This document shows positions 26,916 through 37,550 of a stretch of 63,236 nt of DNA, in pieces. Position 1 is the first letter of the stretch. Every line of letters starts with the position of its first letter. Source of the stretch: Erysipelotrichaceae bacterium (lineage in GTDB: Bacteria; Bacillota_I; Bacilli_A; RFN20; CAG-826); the NCBI GenBank assembly GCA_022777645.1, contig JALFFX010000005.1:1-63236 (forward strand). The letters run 5' to 3'. Position numbers and translations under genes: made by a program. The notes beneath the pieces are model-generated. The model did not search any database. It was given only the letters and a program-made list of their open reading frames with translations, and was not told where the DNA came from.

Positions 26916-28034
26916 TTAAAAATTAATAGCAATTACTGAAATAAGAGATTCGTCTTCAGTCCCTCCAGCGTGATGGGCTCTGAATTTGAATCTTTTTTTC
27001 TTTGATTTTTCATTTGGATATTCAAGGGATATTTCCCCATTTGCAATAGCGATAAAATCACCTAAAAATTCCAAAGAATTATCAACGTCTTTTGTATCGC
27101 CAAATATTCCTTTATCAAGCGCTTCTTCTTTGGTGAATAAAGAATAATATTCTCCATAATATTTGTTAAATAGTTCCTTAAACAAATCTTGTTTTCCTTT
27201 TTTAACAAATAAATTCATTGTGCGCTTTTCAATGCTTGGTGAACGAATTAATAAAGAAGATAAATCCTCGTGTTCTTTTAGCGACATAAATGTGGTGTCA
27301 ATCATGCCATGATCTGCGATGACGATAACACCAACATCTTTATTCTTTTTGGCGTATTTTTTAATTAAATGTTGAATGTGTTTGATATTGAAATGAACAC
27401 GGAAATTTTTCGTTCCATATTTATGCATTAAACCATCAGGGTTAACCCAATAACTATAAATAAATTTTTGATTTTCTTTTTTGATTTCATCAAAAGAATA
27501 TTTAACAAATTTATTTAATGTTTTGACTTTCGGATTATTATCAACAGGATAACCCATGATTATTTTGGCGCATTCTTGATTATTATTTTTGTTGATAAGC
27601 GAAGCAATATCTTCATAATTTTTAAGAGAGCGCATAACATTTTCGCCAGCTAGTTTTTCACCAGTGTCATCATCAACATTTGGGAAAACGTTAATATTCT
27701 TATCTAAATCTTTAAAATAAAGTGTCCAGCCAAGCCAACCAGTTTCTATTGGATATTTTGCGCTTAAAAAACCAGTTGTCGACGCCACAGTTGTAGGAGG
27801 AGTTGTGGAAGTGATATCTTTGACGATATGTCTTCTAAAAAATGATTTTTCATTTAAATGTTTTTCTAAGATTGCTTTTCCCATTCCATCAAAAAGAAAG
27901 ACAATAATTTTCTCTTTATTTTTGATTAAATCATCAATCTCTTTAATCGTGGAATGAAAAGGATTAACATTGAATCTTTTAAGAATTGAATTTGATAAAT
28001 TCACAATTGAATTATTATAGTCTGCAATTTTCAT
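26916..28034 (-). CDS. Alkaline-phosphatase-superfamily (phosphodiesterase / nucleotide pyrophosphatase-like) protein
   Basis: FLFDGMG...TTPPTTVASTTGF...VIADHGM. Confidence 0.6.
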   Translation of the reverse strand: MKIADYNNSIVNLSNSILKRFNVNPFHSTIKEIDDLIKNKEKIIVFLFDGMGKAILEKHLNEKSFFRRHIVKDITSTTPPTTVASTTGFLSAKYPIETGWLGWTLYFKDLDKNINVFPNVDDDTGEKLAGENVMRSLKNYEDIASLINKNNNQECAKIIMGYPVDNNPKVKTLNKFVKYSFDEIKKENQKFIYSYWVNPDGLMHKYGTKNFRVHFNIKHIQHLIKKYAKKNKDVGVIVIADHGMIDTTFMSLKEHEDLSSLLIRSPSIEKRTMNLFVKKGKQDLFKELFNKYYGEYYSLFTKEEALDKGIFGDTKDVDNSLEFLGDFIAIANGEISLEYPNEKSKKKRFKFRAHHAGGTEDESLISVIAINF

Positions 28035-28071
28035 GCTTTCATTTTAGCAAATTTATGCTGATAATTAACAT

Positions 28072-28995
28072 ATGAAAAAAAGAAAAATTATTCTCGATTG
28101 TGATCCAGGTCATGATGACGCGGTTGCGATTTTATTAGCATCTTCTTATGAAGAAATTGATTTATGCGCTTTAACGATTGAAAGCGGAAATCAAGCGTTA
28201 GAAAAAACAAGTCGCAATGCTTTAAATCTTGTTCAATATTTATCGCTTGATGTTCCAGTTGCAAAAGGTGAAGCAAAACCAATGGTTAGAGATGCTCAAA
28301 TATGTCCTGAAATTCATGGTGAAAGTGGTCTTGATGGTTATGAATTTCCTCCGCTTTATAAAAAATGTGTAAAGCAAGACGCGGTGACATTATTAAAAGA
28401 AATGTTAACTAAAGATGAATACACAATCGTGGCAACAGGACCACTCACTAATATTGGTGTTTTATTAAAGAAATATCCAGAAGTTAAAAACAATATTACT
28501 GAGATTGTATTAATGGGTGGCTCTATTGGTTTTGGCAATGTTACTCCTGCTGCCGAATTTAATATATTTTGTGATCCTGAAGCCGCGGATATTGTCTTTA
28601 CATCTGGCATTAAAGTCACAATGATTGGTCTTGATGTTACAAGAAAAATATTGATTACAAATAAAATAAACGAAGAGATTAAAAATATAAATAATAAAGT
28701 GAGTGCTCTATTTTATCCTCTTATGAAAGTATTTATCGAAAACCAAAAGAAAGTATTTGGTTTTGATGGCGCCCCACTCCATGATCCTGCCACAATTGTC
28801 TATCTTGTTAAACCAGAAATATTTAAGACTAAATTTATGAATGTTACAATCGATGTCTCAAAAGGACCATCATATGGCAGAACAAACTGTGATCAATTTG
28901 ATTATTTGAAATTAAAAAAGAATGCTTTTGTTGTATTAGATGTTGATGTCGATGCCTATTTTGAAGAAATCAAAAATTGTATAAAAAAGTACTAA
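28072..28995 (+). CDS. Inosine/uridine-preferring nucleoside hydrolase
   Basis: N-terminal ILDCDPGHDDAVAILLA signature. Confidence 0.85.
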   Translation: MKKRKIILDCDPGHDDAVAILLASSYEEIDLCALTIESGNQALEKTSRNALNLVQYLSLDVPVAKGEAKPMVRDAQICPEIHGESGLDGYEFPPLYKKCVKQDAVTLLKEMLTKDEYTIVATGPLTNIGVLLKKYPEVKNNITEIVLMGGSIGFGNVTPAAEFNIFCDPEAADIVFTSGIKVTMIGLDVTRKILITNKINEEIKNINNKVSALFYPLMKVFIENQKKVFGFDGAPLHDPATIVYLVKPEIFKTKFMNVTIDVSKGPSYGRTNCDQFDYLKLKKNAFVVLDVDVDAYFEEIKNCIKKY

Positions 28996-28999
28996 AAAA

Positions 29000-29020
29000 G
29001 CTGCCTCGCGGCAGCCTTTT
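29000..29020. terminator. Bidirectional terminator
   Basis: GCTGCC-tcgc-GGCAGC, flanked by AAAAAA and TTTT. Confidence 0.7.
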
Positions 29021-29037
29021 AAGTAATTTATGGTTCT

Positions 29038-29691
29038 TTATGCTTTACGAATATAGGAAGCTACTTGCCAAATGAATGTTTGTAAAAATTCAAAATAGTT
29101 TGCGATATCTGCATCGACAGGTGTTGCAACTACATTATATTCTTTTGTGCTTTCGTTATATGTATAATAAGTCTTTGTTGAATCAACAGTTTTGTCAGTT
29201 GTTTTGTAAAAATCTGGTTCATCCCATGCTAAATGTTCAACTACAATATTGTCTAAAGTTTGAATTGTAACATGACAAGCTGTTCCGTCAGATAATTCAT
29301 CTTCAATGTTATTAAATGATGGGTGTGTTGTAAATCCTTCGAGTCCACAGAATTCTGGATCTAAAATTGTAGCCGATGTATATTCACTTGATGATTCGAG
29401 AACGGCAAGGGTGAAATACATATCTTCTTGTTCTTTATAAGTATTATTTGGCACAGCTGCACCATAGAACATTTCAGCATATGCTTCAATAATTGTGAGT
29501 GGGCAATAAACGCCTACTTCTTCGCTTTCAACATCTCCACATTCACAAACGTATTGTGTCTTTGCTGGTGTGTCTTTTGTGGCAGCAACTTTCACTTCTT
29601 TGTAGTCGTGAACATGTTCTGGTGTTTTGTTACAACCTGTTAATGCAGTTGCTAATAATCCTAATGCAAGGACTCCTGTTAATTTTTTCAT
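29038..29691 (-). CDS. Lipoprotein, function unknown
   Basis: MKKLTGVLALGLLATALTGCNK. RBS GGAGG. Confidence 0.65.
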   Translation of the reverse strand: MKKLTGVLALGLLATALTGCNKTPEHVHDYKEVKVAATKDTPAKTQYVCECGDVESEEVGVYCPLTIIEAYAEMFYGAAVPNNTYKEQEDMYFTLAVLESSSEYTSATILDPEFCGLEGFTTHPSFNNIEDELSDGTACHVTIQTLDNIVVEHLAWDEPDFYKTTDKTVDSTKTYYTYNESTKEYNVVATPVDADIANYFEFLQTFIWQVASYIRKA

Positions 29692-29861
29692 GATAATTCC
29701 TCCATAAATGAATCGCAATTTCGTTAAATCTATAGAGTAGACATCTTATAGTTTCTCAAAATTGTTATTACAAGTTTATATAAAAGATAAATGTTTTTCA
29801 AGTAAATAAATACATGACACAGCAAGAAAAGTTGTCATGTTGTAATTTTATAATTAATTTA

Positions 29862-30794
29862 TTAAATTTTCTTTAGATGAGTGGTGTATGTGATAATACT
29901 TCCACATAACACTGTTATAAACATCCCCATAGCGGTATCGCTTAAAAAATGAGCACCTGCTAACATTCTTGAAAACATAGCCACAAGAGTGTAAGCAATA
30001 CCAACATAAAATAAAATTGTGCTCATTTTGCTATATTCATCATTATTTTTATTTAATTTTGTTATATATGGCAAAACAAATATCAATGTTGCAGCATATG
30101 TTGAATGACCACTTGGGAATGATTTGAAATTATCGCTCACTTCTTCTTTAAATGCTCTAAAAGCATCTATTTGCCAAAATGGGTGGAATAATTCAGATGG
30201 ATTTTCAAATCCAAAAATATAACGTGGACGTGGTCTTCCGCATAAATACTTTAATCCTGTTGTGCAAATTGCAATAGCAAGGCAAATAAGAACAAGAATT
30301 AAACCGACTTTAAAGATTGCTTCTTTTGTGGCAGTAATCTTTTTGGAAAATAAACCGACATATAAAACTGCTAAGGTGAAAGCGATGGTAAACACGATAC
30401 CTAAAATTATTAATAATGGGCTAGAATAATCATCGCTTTTTGGATCGAATTGTGATGTGGTTGGGAATTTGGAGATGTCCATCCATGTATCATAGATAAA
30501 ATAAGCGCCGACAATAATTGCAAGTACGGCTATGATAATAAAAATGACTTTTTTAACTTTAGATTGTTCTTTAATCATTGATCTAATTAATAAAGAACCA
30601 CCAAAAATCAAAGCAAAGCATACTGGAAGTTCGCAAACACCAGACATGATGATACCAAAAATATTTGGATTTGAAGGATTATATATTGCGCTTGATATTT
30701 GAAAATCAAATAACGCTCCAAGAATAAGCAATATTCCAGCAATGGCTAAGCCAATAATCATATCTCGCAGTTTGATTGGGGTTTTATAATTCAT
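29862..30794 (-). CDS. PAP2-family membrane phosphatase
   Basis: KYLCGRPRPRY, PSGHS, SRMLAGAHFLSD. Confidence 0.8.
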   Translation of the reverse strand: MNYKTPIKLRDMIIGLAIAGILLILGALFDFQISSAIYNPSNPNIFGIIMSGVCELPVCFALIFGGSLLIRSMIKEQSKVKKVIFIIIAVLAIIVGAYFIYDTWMDISKFPTTSQFDPKSDDYSSPLLIILGIVFTIAFTLAVLYVGLFSKKITATKEAIFKVGLILVLICLAIAICTTGLKYLCGRPRPRYIFGFENPSELFHPFWQIDAFRAFKEEVSDNFKSFPSGHSTYAATLIFVLPYITKLNKNNDEYSKMSTILFYVGIAYTLVAMFSRMLAGAHFLSDTAMGMFITVLCGSIITYTTHLKKI

Positions 30795-30804
30795 TATTTT
30801 GCTC

Positions 30805-31374
30805 CTATTTATATGTTAATAACCTGACATTTGTTAATAACAAGTTCATAATTATTTTAACATTATCTTCAATAGTGCCAATATCATAAATAATCCAATT
30901 GCGAATAATTCCATATATTCCCTGGACCATGTATTCAAGGGCTATTTTATTTTTAACATTATCAACTAAATTATTTGCGATTTTATCGCGAATTGTTTGG
31001 ACAACACTGTTCATATATCCATATAAATTTTGATCGGTTAACACCAATCGATACAAATCGATATCATGATCAATCAATTCAAAGACTTGCTTAAAAATCA
31101 TTTCAAGTCTTCTTTTTGTAGGTTTGACTTTTTTGAATACCTCATCGCTTATTTTCTCTAATCTTTTAGCGAAGGTTTTATCTAATATTTGGGCAATGAT
31201 GTCTTCTTTTGCGCCATAACGAAGATACACCGTATTTCGATTGACATTAGCCCTTTTTGCAATATCTACTAAATGGACATTTTCGAATCCTTTGAGTTCG
31301 ACTAATTCAAGAAAAGCATTTTCAATTTTTCTTTCTGTTTCAATTTTTCTTTCGTTTTGTTTCATTATAGGCAT
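30805..31374 (-). CDS. TetR-family transcriptional regulator
   Basis: HTH segment VHLVDIAKRANVNRNTVYLRYGAKEDI. Confidence 0.8.
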   Translation of the reverse strand: MPIMKQNERKIETERKIENAFLELVELKGFENVHLVDIAKRANVNRNTVYLRYGAKEDIIAQILDKTFAKRLEKISDEVFKKVKPTKRRLEMIFKQVFELIDHDIDLYRLVLTDQNLYGYMNSVVQTIRDKIANNLVDNVKNKIALEYMVQGIYGIIRNWIIYDIGTIEDNVKIIMNLLLTNVRLLTYK

Positions 31375-31419
31375 TTTATCATATTTGCCTTTTAATAAGC
31401 AAATGTCTAATAATGACCA

Positions 31420-31448
31420 TTGTTAATTTTTATTTATAAAGGTATAGT
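31420..31448 (+). promoter_or_regulatory. Sigma-A-type promoter for degV
   Basis: TTGTTA, 17-nt spacer, TATAGT, about 30 nt upstream of the ATG at 31478. Confidence 0.4.
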
Positions 31449-31477
31449 GAAAATGTTCGAAGAAAGGAAATTTGATT

Positions 31478-32389
31478 ATGAACAAATTTGCTATTGTTGG
31501 TGATTCAACTTGTGATTTACCTGCTGAATTGCGTCAAAAATACGACATTGATTACGCCCGTATGATGGTCGCTTGGACTGATAAAGATAAAAAATTCCAT
31601 GAAATGTATGCTGATCTTGATTGGAAAGAAATTAGTCCAAAACAATATTATGATATTATGCGCGATGGCATTCGCATTATTACTGCCCAAGTAACTGAAC
31701 AAGAATTCGATTCTGTTTTCAAAAGCCATTTAGAAAAAGGTGAAGACTTATTATATGTTGCTTGTTCTTCTGGTTTATCAGCGTCTGTAAAACTTGCTCA
31801 AAGACTTGCAAAAGAAAAATATTCAAAAGAATTCCCAGAAAGAAAAATTGTTATCGTTGATTCTCTTATTTCTTGTATGGGTCAAGGTTCAATGCTTATT
31901 CGTGCCTCAATGCTTAGAAGCGAAGGCAAAACTATCGAAGAAACTGCAAGCGAACTTGAGAGTACAAAATTATGTTACAACCAACTTGCGACTGTTGAAT
32001 CTTTAGAATATTTAAAACGTGCTGGAAGAGTAAAAGCATCCACTGCCTTTTTTGGCAATATTTTTGGTGTTAAGCCTATTCTTGTTTCTGACCGCGTTGG
32101 CATGAACCACGCAGTTGAGAAAGCTAAAGGTCGTAGAAATTCACTTATTCGTCTTTCCCAAATGGTTAAAGAAACAGTGGAAAAACCTGAACTTCAAACT
32201 TGTTATATTTTGCACGCAGATGCTAAACAAGAAGATATCGACTTGTTGGTATCAAAAATAAAAGAAGCTGTTCCAACCTTTAAAGAATACAAAGTATTAC
32301 CACTTGGACCAATTATTGGTGCTTCTACCGGTCCAGGTACATTTGGCGTATATTATTATGGTAAAGAAGTATTAGTTGAGGCTGAATAA
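31478..32389 (+). CDS. DegV-family fatty-acid-binding protein
   Basis: FAIVGDSTCDLP and overall DegV-like sequence. Confidence 0.85.
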   Translation: MNKFAIVGDSTCDLPAELRQKYDIDYARMMVAWTDKDKKFHEMYADLDWKEISPKQYYDIMRDGIRIITAQVTEQEFDSVFKSHLEKGEDLLYVACSSGLSASVKLAQRLAKEKYSKEFPERKIVIVDSLISCMGQGSMLIRASMLRSEGKTIEETASELESTKLCYNQLATVESLEYLKRAGRVKASTAFFGNIFGVKPILVSDRVGMNHAVEKAKGRRNSLIRLSQMVKETVEKPELQTCYILHADAKQEDIDLLVSKIKEAVPTFKEYKVLPLGPIIGASTGPGTFGVYYYGKEVLVEAE

Positions 32390-32390
32390 T

Positions 32391-34067
32391 ATGATATTGA
32401 AAAAACTTAATGGCAAACAATTCACCGAATTGATTACCAATGGTGCCCTTAACTTAAGAGCAAACTACGAAGAAGTTGATAATTTGAATGTATTTCCTGT
32501 CCCAGATGGAGATACTGGTACGAATATGTGTCGTACGATTGAGGGCGGTGTTAACGCTATTTCAAAACTAGATACTGAATCAATTGGTGAAGTTGCAAAA
32601 GAATTATCCAAAGGCACATTAATGTCTGCTCGTGGTAATTCTGGTGTCATTCTTTCCCAAATATTTAGAGGAATTTGCAAAGGTTTACTCGACAAAGAAA
32701 CCGTTGATGCTACCCAATTAGCAGAAGCTTATAAATTAGGTGTTAAGCAAGCCTATAATAGTGTCGTTACTCCTGTTGAAGGAACGATTCTTACAGTTTT
32801 TAGAGAAGCAACTGAATATGCTTGCAAAAATATTAAAAAAACATCCACTATTAATGAATTTTATGAACTTCATTTAAAGCAAGCTTTAAAAACATTGAAG
32901 AACACCAAAGAATTATTACCAGTTTTAAAAGAAGCTGATGTTATCGATTCAGGTGGCTGTGGTTATGTCTATATTGTTAAAGGTATTGTCAAATTCCTTG
33001 ATGGTGAAAAAATAGAAGCAACTTTATCTCAAGAAAACGAAAAAGAGGGAAGCGCTCCTGCTATGGATTTTTCTGCTTTTGGGGCGGATGATATTTTAAA
33101 ATTTGGCTATTGCACCGAATTTATTCTTCGCCTTCAAAATAGCAAAGTTGATGTCAAAAATTTCGATGTTCAAACAATTATTGATGTTTTAAATGATGAA
33201 GAAATATCTGGTGATTCAATTGTTGTCTTAAAAGATGAGGATGTTGTTAAAGTTCATGTTCATACAAAACAACCTGGTATTGTTTTAACAAAGATGCGTG
33301 AATATGGTGAATTCTTAACGATTAAGATTGAAAATATGTCTTTGCAACACAATGAAACAATGAGTGAAGAAGAACGTGAAACTAAAAAGAAACGCGAGCA
33401 TAAAAAATACGCTCTTGTGGCAGTGGCCCAAGGCAAAGGCATCATCGAACAATTTAAAGCGTTCGGTGTTGATGTCATTGTCAGTGGCAATCAAACCATG
33501 AATCCAAGCACTGAAGATTTTATCAAAGCATTCAATGAACTCGATGCCGAAAATATTATTGTTTTCCCAAATAATAAAAACATTATCATGGCTGCAGAAC
33601 AAGCTAAGAAATTATATAAAGGCGCAAAAGTTGTAGTCATTCCATGCGTTAGCATTCCTCAATGTTATAGCGCACTTACAATGCTCGACTTTAGCAGCGA
33701 TGATTTGCAAATCATTGTTGGCAATTTCAAAGAAGCAATTCATAATGTTGTTTCTGCCGAGATTACAACTGCGATTAGATCTACAAAAGTACAAGGTATT
33801 AATATTATCAAGGGTCAACACATTGGTATTATCAATGGAAAAATGGCTCTTGCTACATCATATAAAAATAGAGTTGTTGTTGATCTTCTTAAGAAGATTC
33901 CTGATATCGAAGAAAAAGAAGTTCTCACTCTCATATATGGTGATGGAATAACCGAAGAAGAAAAAATCAAAAACGTTGAAGCTGTCCAAAAGAAATTCCC
34001 ATTCCTTGAGATTGGCGCAATTGATGGTGGACAAAACGTTTACAAATATTTGATTGCAGTCGAATAA
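32391..34067 (+). CDS. DAK2-domain protein (YloV-like)
   Basis: VFPVPDGDTGTNM...ARGNSGVILSQ. Confidence 0.85.
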   Translation: MILKKLNGKQFTELITNGALNLRANYEEVDNLNVFPVPDGDTGTNMCRTIEGGVNAISKLDTESIGEVAKELSKGTLMSARGNSGVILSQIFRGICKGLLDKETVDATQLAEAYKLGVKQAYNSVVTPVEGTILTVFREATEYACKNIKKTSTINEFYELHLKQALKTLKNTKELLPVLKEADVIDSGGCGYVYIVKGIVKFLDGEKIEATLSQENEKEGSAPAMDFSAFGADDILKFGYCTEFILRLQNSKVDVKNFDVQTIIDVLNDEEISGDSIVVLKDEDVVKVHVHTKQPGIVLTKMREYGEFLTIKIENMSLQHNETMSEEERETKKKREHKKYALVAVAQGKGIIEQFKAFGVDVIVSGNQTMNPSTEDFIKAFNELDAENIIVFPNNKNIIMAAEQAKKLYKGAKVVVIPCVSIPQCYSALTMLDFSSDDLQIIVGNFKEAIHNVVSAEITTAIRSTKVQGINIIKGQHIGIINGKMALATSYKNRVVVDLLKKIPDIEEKEVLTLIYGDGITEEEKIKNVEAVQKKFPFLEIGAIDGGQNVYKYLIAVE

Positions 34068-34072
34068 CATTT

Positions 34073-34097
34073 AGAGCCTTTAATTAGGCTCTTTTTT
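34073..34097 (+). terminator. Rho-independent terminator
   Basis: AGAGCCT-ttaatt-AGGCTCT followed by TTTTT. Confidence 0.75.
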
Positions 34098-34199
34098 AAT
34101 CCAGCATATTATTTGTTTATTGATAATCATTATAACTTTATCTTTGATATAGTTTTGTTGTCGTGGACTTTGATATGAAAATAATTGATAATTATAGAT

Positions 34200-35801
34200 A
34201 TGAAAAAGATTATTATTCCTCTTTTGATGACAATATTGTTGTCATCTTGTTCAACAATGGCTTCTCCAAGTGATGATGGCTCTACTTCAACATCGTCTAC
34301 TTCAACATCTTCGTCTTCATCGACTAGTGAAGAACATAGTGATGGTATTTTAGATTTTTATTCTATCAATGATTATCACGGACGAATTGAAGAGGACTTA
34401 GGTAAAAATGAAGCCGGTATTTCGCGTTTTGCATCATATTTGCATAGCAAAGAAAACGAGAATAAAAACGGTACAGTATTTGTTAACGCAGGTGATTTAT
34501 GGCAAGACACTTATTCATCTTCTAAAAACAAAGGCGAACTTTTAACAAAAGCAATGGCGGAATTAAGATGTGAAGCGATGGCACTTGGTAATCACGAATT
34601 CGACTGGGGAATCGAAAATATCAAGCACAATAAACAAGTCGCAGAAACGCAAGTGGCTAATCATACATTTTCTTTGTTAGGAGCAAATATTTATAATTAC
34701 GAAAACGGGAGCGTTACTACGCAAGCAAGTGATATCGCTTCTCCATATAAAATTATTTATCGCAAGGGATATAAAATCGGTTTGATTGGGGCAATTGGGA
34801 AAAATCAAATCACATCAATTACTTCTACAAACTGGGAAAATTTAACATTTTTAGATCATGTTGATGTTGTTAAAAATGTTAGCGATGAACTTCGCACAAA
34901 AGAAAATTGTGATGTTGTCATTTTATTGTTCCATGGTCCTTTTAATAATGTTGATGCAACCTCTCTTTCAAGCGTATCCCCTGTCAGTGGAAAACATTAT
35001 GTTGATGCTGGTTTTTTAGGCCATTCTCATGCTTATGAAAATCAATCCGTCGATAATGTTCCATGGATTCAATCGTATCATCACGGCGTCGCTCTTGGCC
35101 ATATTCGACTTAAGATTGACGAAAACAAGAATGTCAGTTGTACAATACAGAATGAAACTGAAGGAGCAAATATCATTCCAACATATGATGAAGACGTTAA
35201 TATTAAAAATTTAGTATCTACTTATCTAACAAATGATTTTGTTGCTCAAAAAGAAAGTGTTGTTGCTAATTTAGTTAACTTTTCTAAAACATCAATTGGT
35301 AAAGAGGTGGGCTATATGAGTGCTTATTCTACTTCCTGGCTTATCGATGAATTAAGAAAAACTAATACTAAAATACCTCAAATTGATATTGTGATTAACA
35401 ACGGAAATAGAGATACGATAAAACTTAACGGCAACACGTTGACTACCGAAAATGTTTTTAATCTCATTCCATTTACCAATAAAACAATTATCGCTAGAGT
35501 CAAAGGTCAAGATATTATTAATGAATGTGTGAATTATTCTAATCCTTATTATTTACCAGGAGAATCCGCTTTAGCGATTGATTCTAATAGTTATTACAAC
35601 ATCGCTTGCATTGATTATTTGTTATATCATAAAAACACATCTCGAAATTACAATTATTTTCCATCCTTTGATGGAAATCCAATATATGTGGTCGAAGATT
35701 ATCCTTGCGATATTATGATTGATTATCTTAACAATCACGGCAACAGTTTTAATATGTCTATCTTAAACACCACTCCATTTACCGGTTTAAGCGCAGCGTA
35801 G
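34200..35801 (+). CDS. Lipoprotein: bifunctional metallophosphatase / 5'-nucleotidase
   Basis: Lipobox LLSSCS, Ser/Thr-rich linker, NDYHGR, AGDLWQ, GNHEFDWG, GHSH. Confidence 0.8.
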   Translation: MKKIIIPLLMTILLSSCSTMASPSDDGSTSTSSTSTSSSSSTSEEHSDGILDFYSINDYHGRIEEDLGKNEAGISRFASYLHSKENENKNGTVFVNAGDLWQDTYSSSKNKGELLTKAMAELRCEAMALGNHEFDWGIENIKHNKQVAETQVANHTFSLLGANIYNYENGSVTTQASDIASPYKIIYRKGYKIGLIGAIGKNQITSITSTNWENLTFLDHVDVVKNVSDELRTKENCDVVILLFHGPFNNVDATSLSSVSPVSGKHYVDAGFLGHSHAYENQSVDNVPWIQSYHHGVALGHIRLKIDENKNVSCTIQNETEGANIIPTYDEDVNIKNLVSTYLTNDFVAQKESVVANLVNFSKTSIGKEVGYMSAYSTSWLIDELRKTNTKIPQIDIVINNGNRDTIKLNGNTLTTENVFNLIPFTNKTIIARVKGQDIINECVNYSNPYYLPGESALAIDSNSYYNIACIDYLLYHKNTSRNYNYFPSFDGNPIYVVEDYPCDIMIDYLNNHGNSFNMSILNTTPFTGLSAA

Positions 35802-35815
35802 AAAGGGCAACAAAT

Positions 35816-36745
35816 ATGAAAGATTTTAAAGATTTAAGAATTGTTGATAATTTTTATCAAACATCATCATTTTTCCCAATGCCACTTACTCTTATTGGCA
35901 CTCTTGATGAAAATGGAAACCAAACTAGTTTTGGCGCCTACTCTTTAATATTTCCATATTATATTGCTGGCAAAGAATTTTATGCGATGGTTCTTGAATG
36001 CCGTAATACATCCAATACAGCAAAAGGTTTATTAAGACATAAGAAATGCACGATTAATTTTTTGCCGATGAAAAATGGATATTTTGAAGAGCATGTCCGT
36101 CTTGGTTTTCCTGGTGATACTCCAGAAGAAAAAATGAAGGATTTCAAATTCCATTTAGAAGATGGGAAAAGCAAAGAAGATGACCCACAAGGTAATTATC
36201 CAAAAATTATCAGTGAAGCTTATCAAGTATTTGAATGCACATGGGTTGATGAATTAGATAATGCAACTAATGATAAAGTCTTGGAAGAATATGAAGGACC
36301 ATATCATAATTTCAACGGTATTACTTCAAAATTTGGTGCTCATTTCATTTTGAAAATTGATCATATTTTATTAAAAGAAAAATACTACGATGCGTTAATA
36401 AATGGTGTTAATCGCCATAATTTCTGTCCTCTTCCGACAAACTGGGGATATCGCGATAGTAAAGACTTTTGGTGTTCATCATATCGCAAACCAAAAGCGG
36501 TGGGCATTCCAAATCGTGAAGTTGATTTGACATCGCTCCGCTATGTGGCAAATCGCGCTGATAACGAAATTAAATTTAGCGATGATGCATTATTAAAGCT
36601 CGTCAAAGTTCCTCGACCATTTTTAAAATTAGTATTAAAAGGTTGTGTTGATTGGGCAAAACAAAATAATTGCAAATTAATAACAAAAGTTGAAATGGAT
36701 ATTATTAATGACAAACGCAACAAAGAAAAGAAACAAAGAAAATAA
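35816..36745 (+). CDS. Flavin-reductase-like (split-barrel) domain protein, tentative
   Basis: The N-terminal FFPMPLTLIGTLDENGNQTSFGAYS pattern resembles flavin reductase-like domains. Confidence 0.35.
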   Translation: MKDFKDLRIVDNFYQTSSFFPMPLTLIGTLDENGNQTSFGAYSLIFPYYIAGKEFYAMVLECRNTSNTAKGLLRHKKCTINFLPMKNGYFEEHVRLGFPGDTPEEKMKDFKFHLEDGKSKEDDPQGNYPKIISEAYQVFECTWVDELDNATNDKVLEEYEGPYHNFNGITSKFGAHFILKIDHILLKEKYYDALINGVNRHNFCPLPTNWGYRDSKDFWCSSYRKPKAVGIPNREVDLTSLRYVANRADNEIKFSDDALLKLVKVPRPFLKLVLKGCVDWAKQNNCKLITKVEMDIINDKRNKEKKQRK

Positions 36746-37538
36746 ACTTAATGTACTAATTACTGGCGCAAGCAATGGAATAGGCAAAGAAGTTGCTGAT
36801 ATATTTTTAGCAAATAATCATTTTGTTATTGGCCTTGATATTGTTGAAGGAGAAAACAAAGAAAACCTTGTTTCTTTTAAAGTCGATATTTGTGACAAAA
36901 ATCTATTAAATAATGTAAAACAATATTTAATAAATAATAATATTAAGCTCGATTTAATTATTAACATTGCTGGCATTCACTCAATGGCGTCTTTAGTCGA
37001 AACTAATTTTGATGTCATTAAAAGATTGATTGATATTGATCTTATTGGCACGATGAATGTAAATCATACTTTCCATCAATTTTTAAAAGAAAACGGCAAG
37101 GTCATTATTTTAACAAGCGAAGTCGCATCATTTGATCCGATGCCGTTTAATGGATTATATAATATCGCCAAATCGGCATTAGAAGTTTATGCTCAAGCTT
37201 TAAGGCAAGAACTTAATTTATTAAATCAACAAGTAGTCACTTTTCAACCAGGTTCTATAAAAACTAAATTAAGTGATGGCTCTTTAGACGCTACTAAAAG
37301 ATTTGCAGACGAAACAATTTTATATAAAAAACAAGCCCATAAATTTTATGGCATAGTTAAGAAATTTATTGGTAAGTCATATCAACCAGAAAAACTGGCG
37401 AAGAAAATTTATAAAGTCTGTCTTAAAAGAAGATGTAGATATACATATAAAACCCATCGAAGTGCTGGATTGGTGTTATTAAACATGCTTCCAAAAAGAA
37501 TGCAATGTTTCATCATTAAAAGATTATTAAAACCTTGA
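36708..37538 (+). CDS. Short-chain dehydrogenase/reductase
   Basis: VLITGASNGIGKE and YNIAKSAL (YxxxK). Confidence 0.8.
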   Translation: MTNATKKRNKENKLNVLITGASNGIGKEVADIFLANNHFVIGLDIVEGENKENLVSFKVDICDKNLLNNVKQYLINNNIKLDLIINIAGIHSMASLVETNFDVIKRLIDIDLIGTMNVNHTFHQFLKENGKVIILTSEVASFDPMPFNGLYNIAKSALEVYAQALRQELNLLNQQVVTFQPGSIKTKLSDGSLDATKRFADETILYKKQAHKFYGIVKKFIGKSYQPEKLAKKIYKVCLKRRCRYTYKTHRSAGLVLLNMLPKRMQCFIIKRLLKP

Positions 37539-37550
37539 TATAATTTTGCT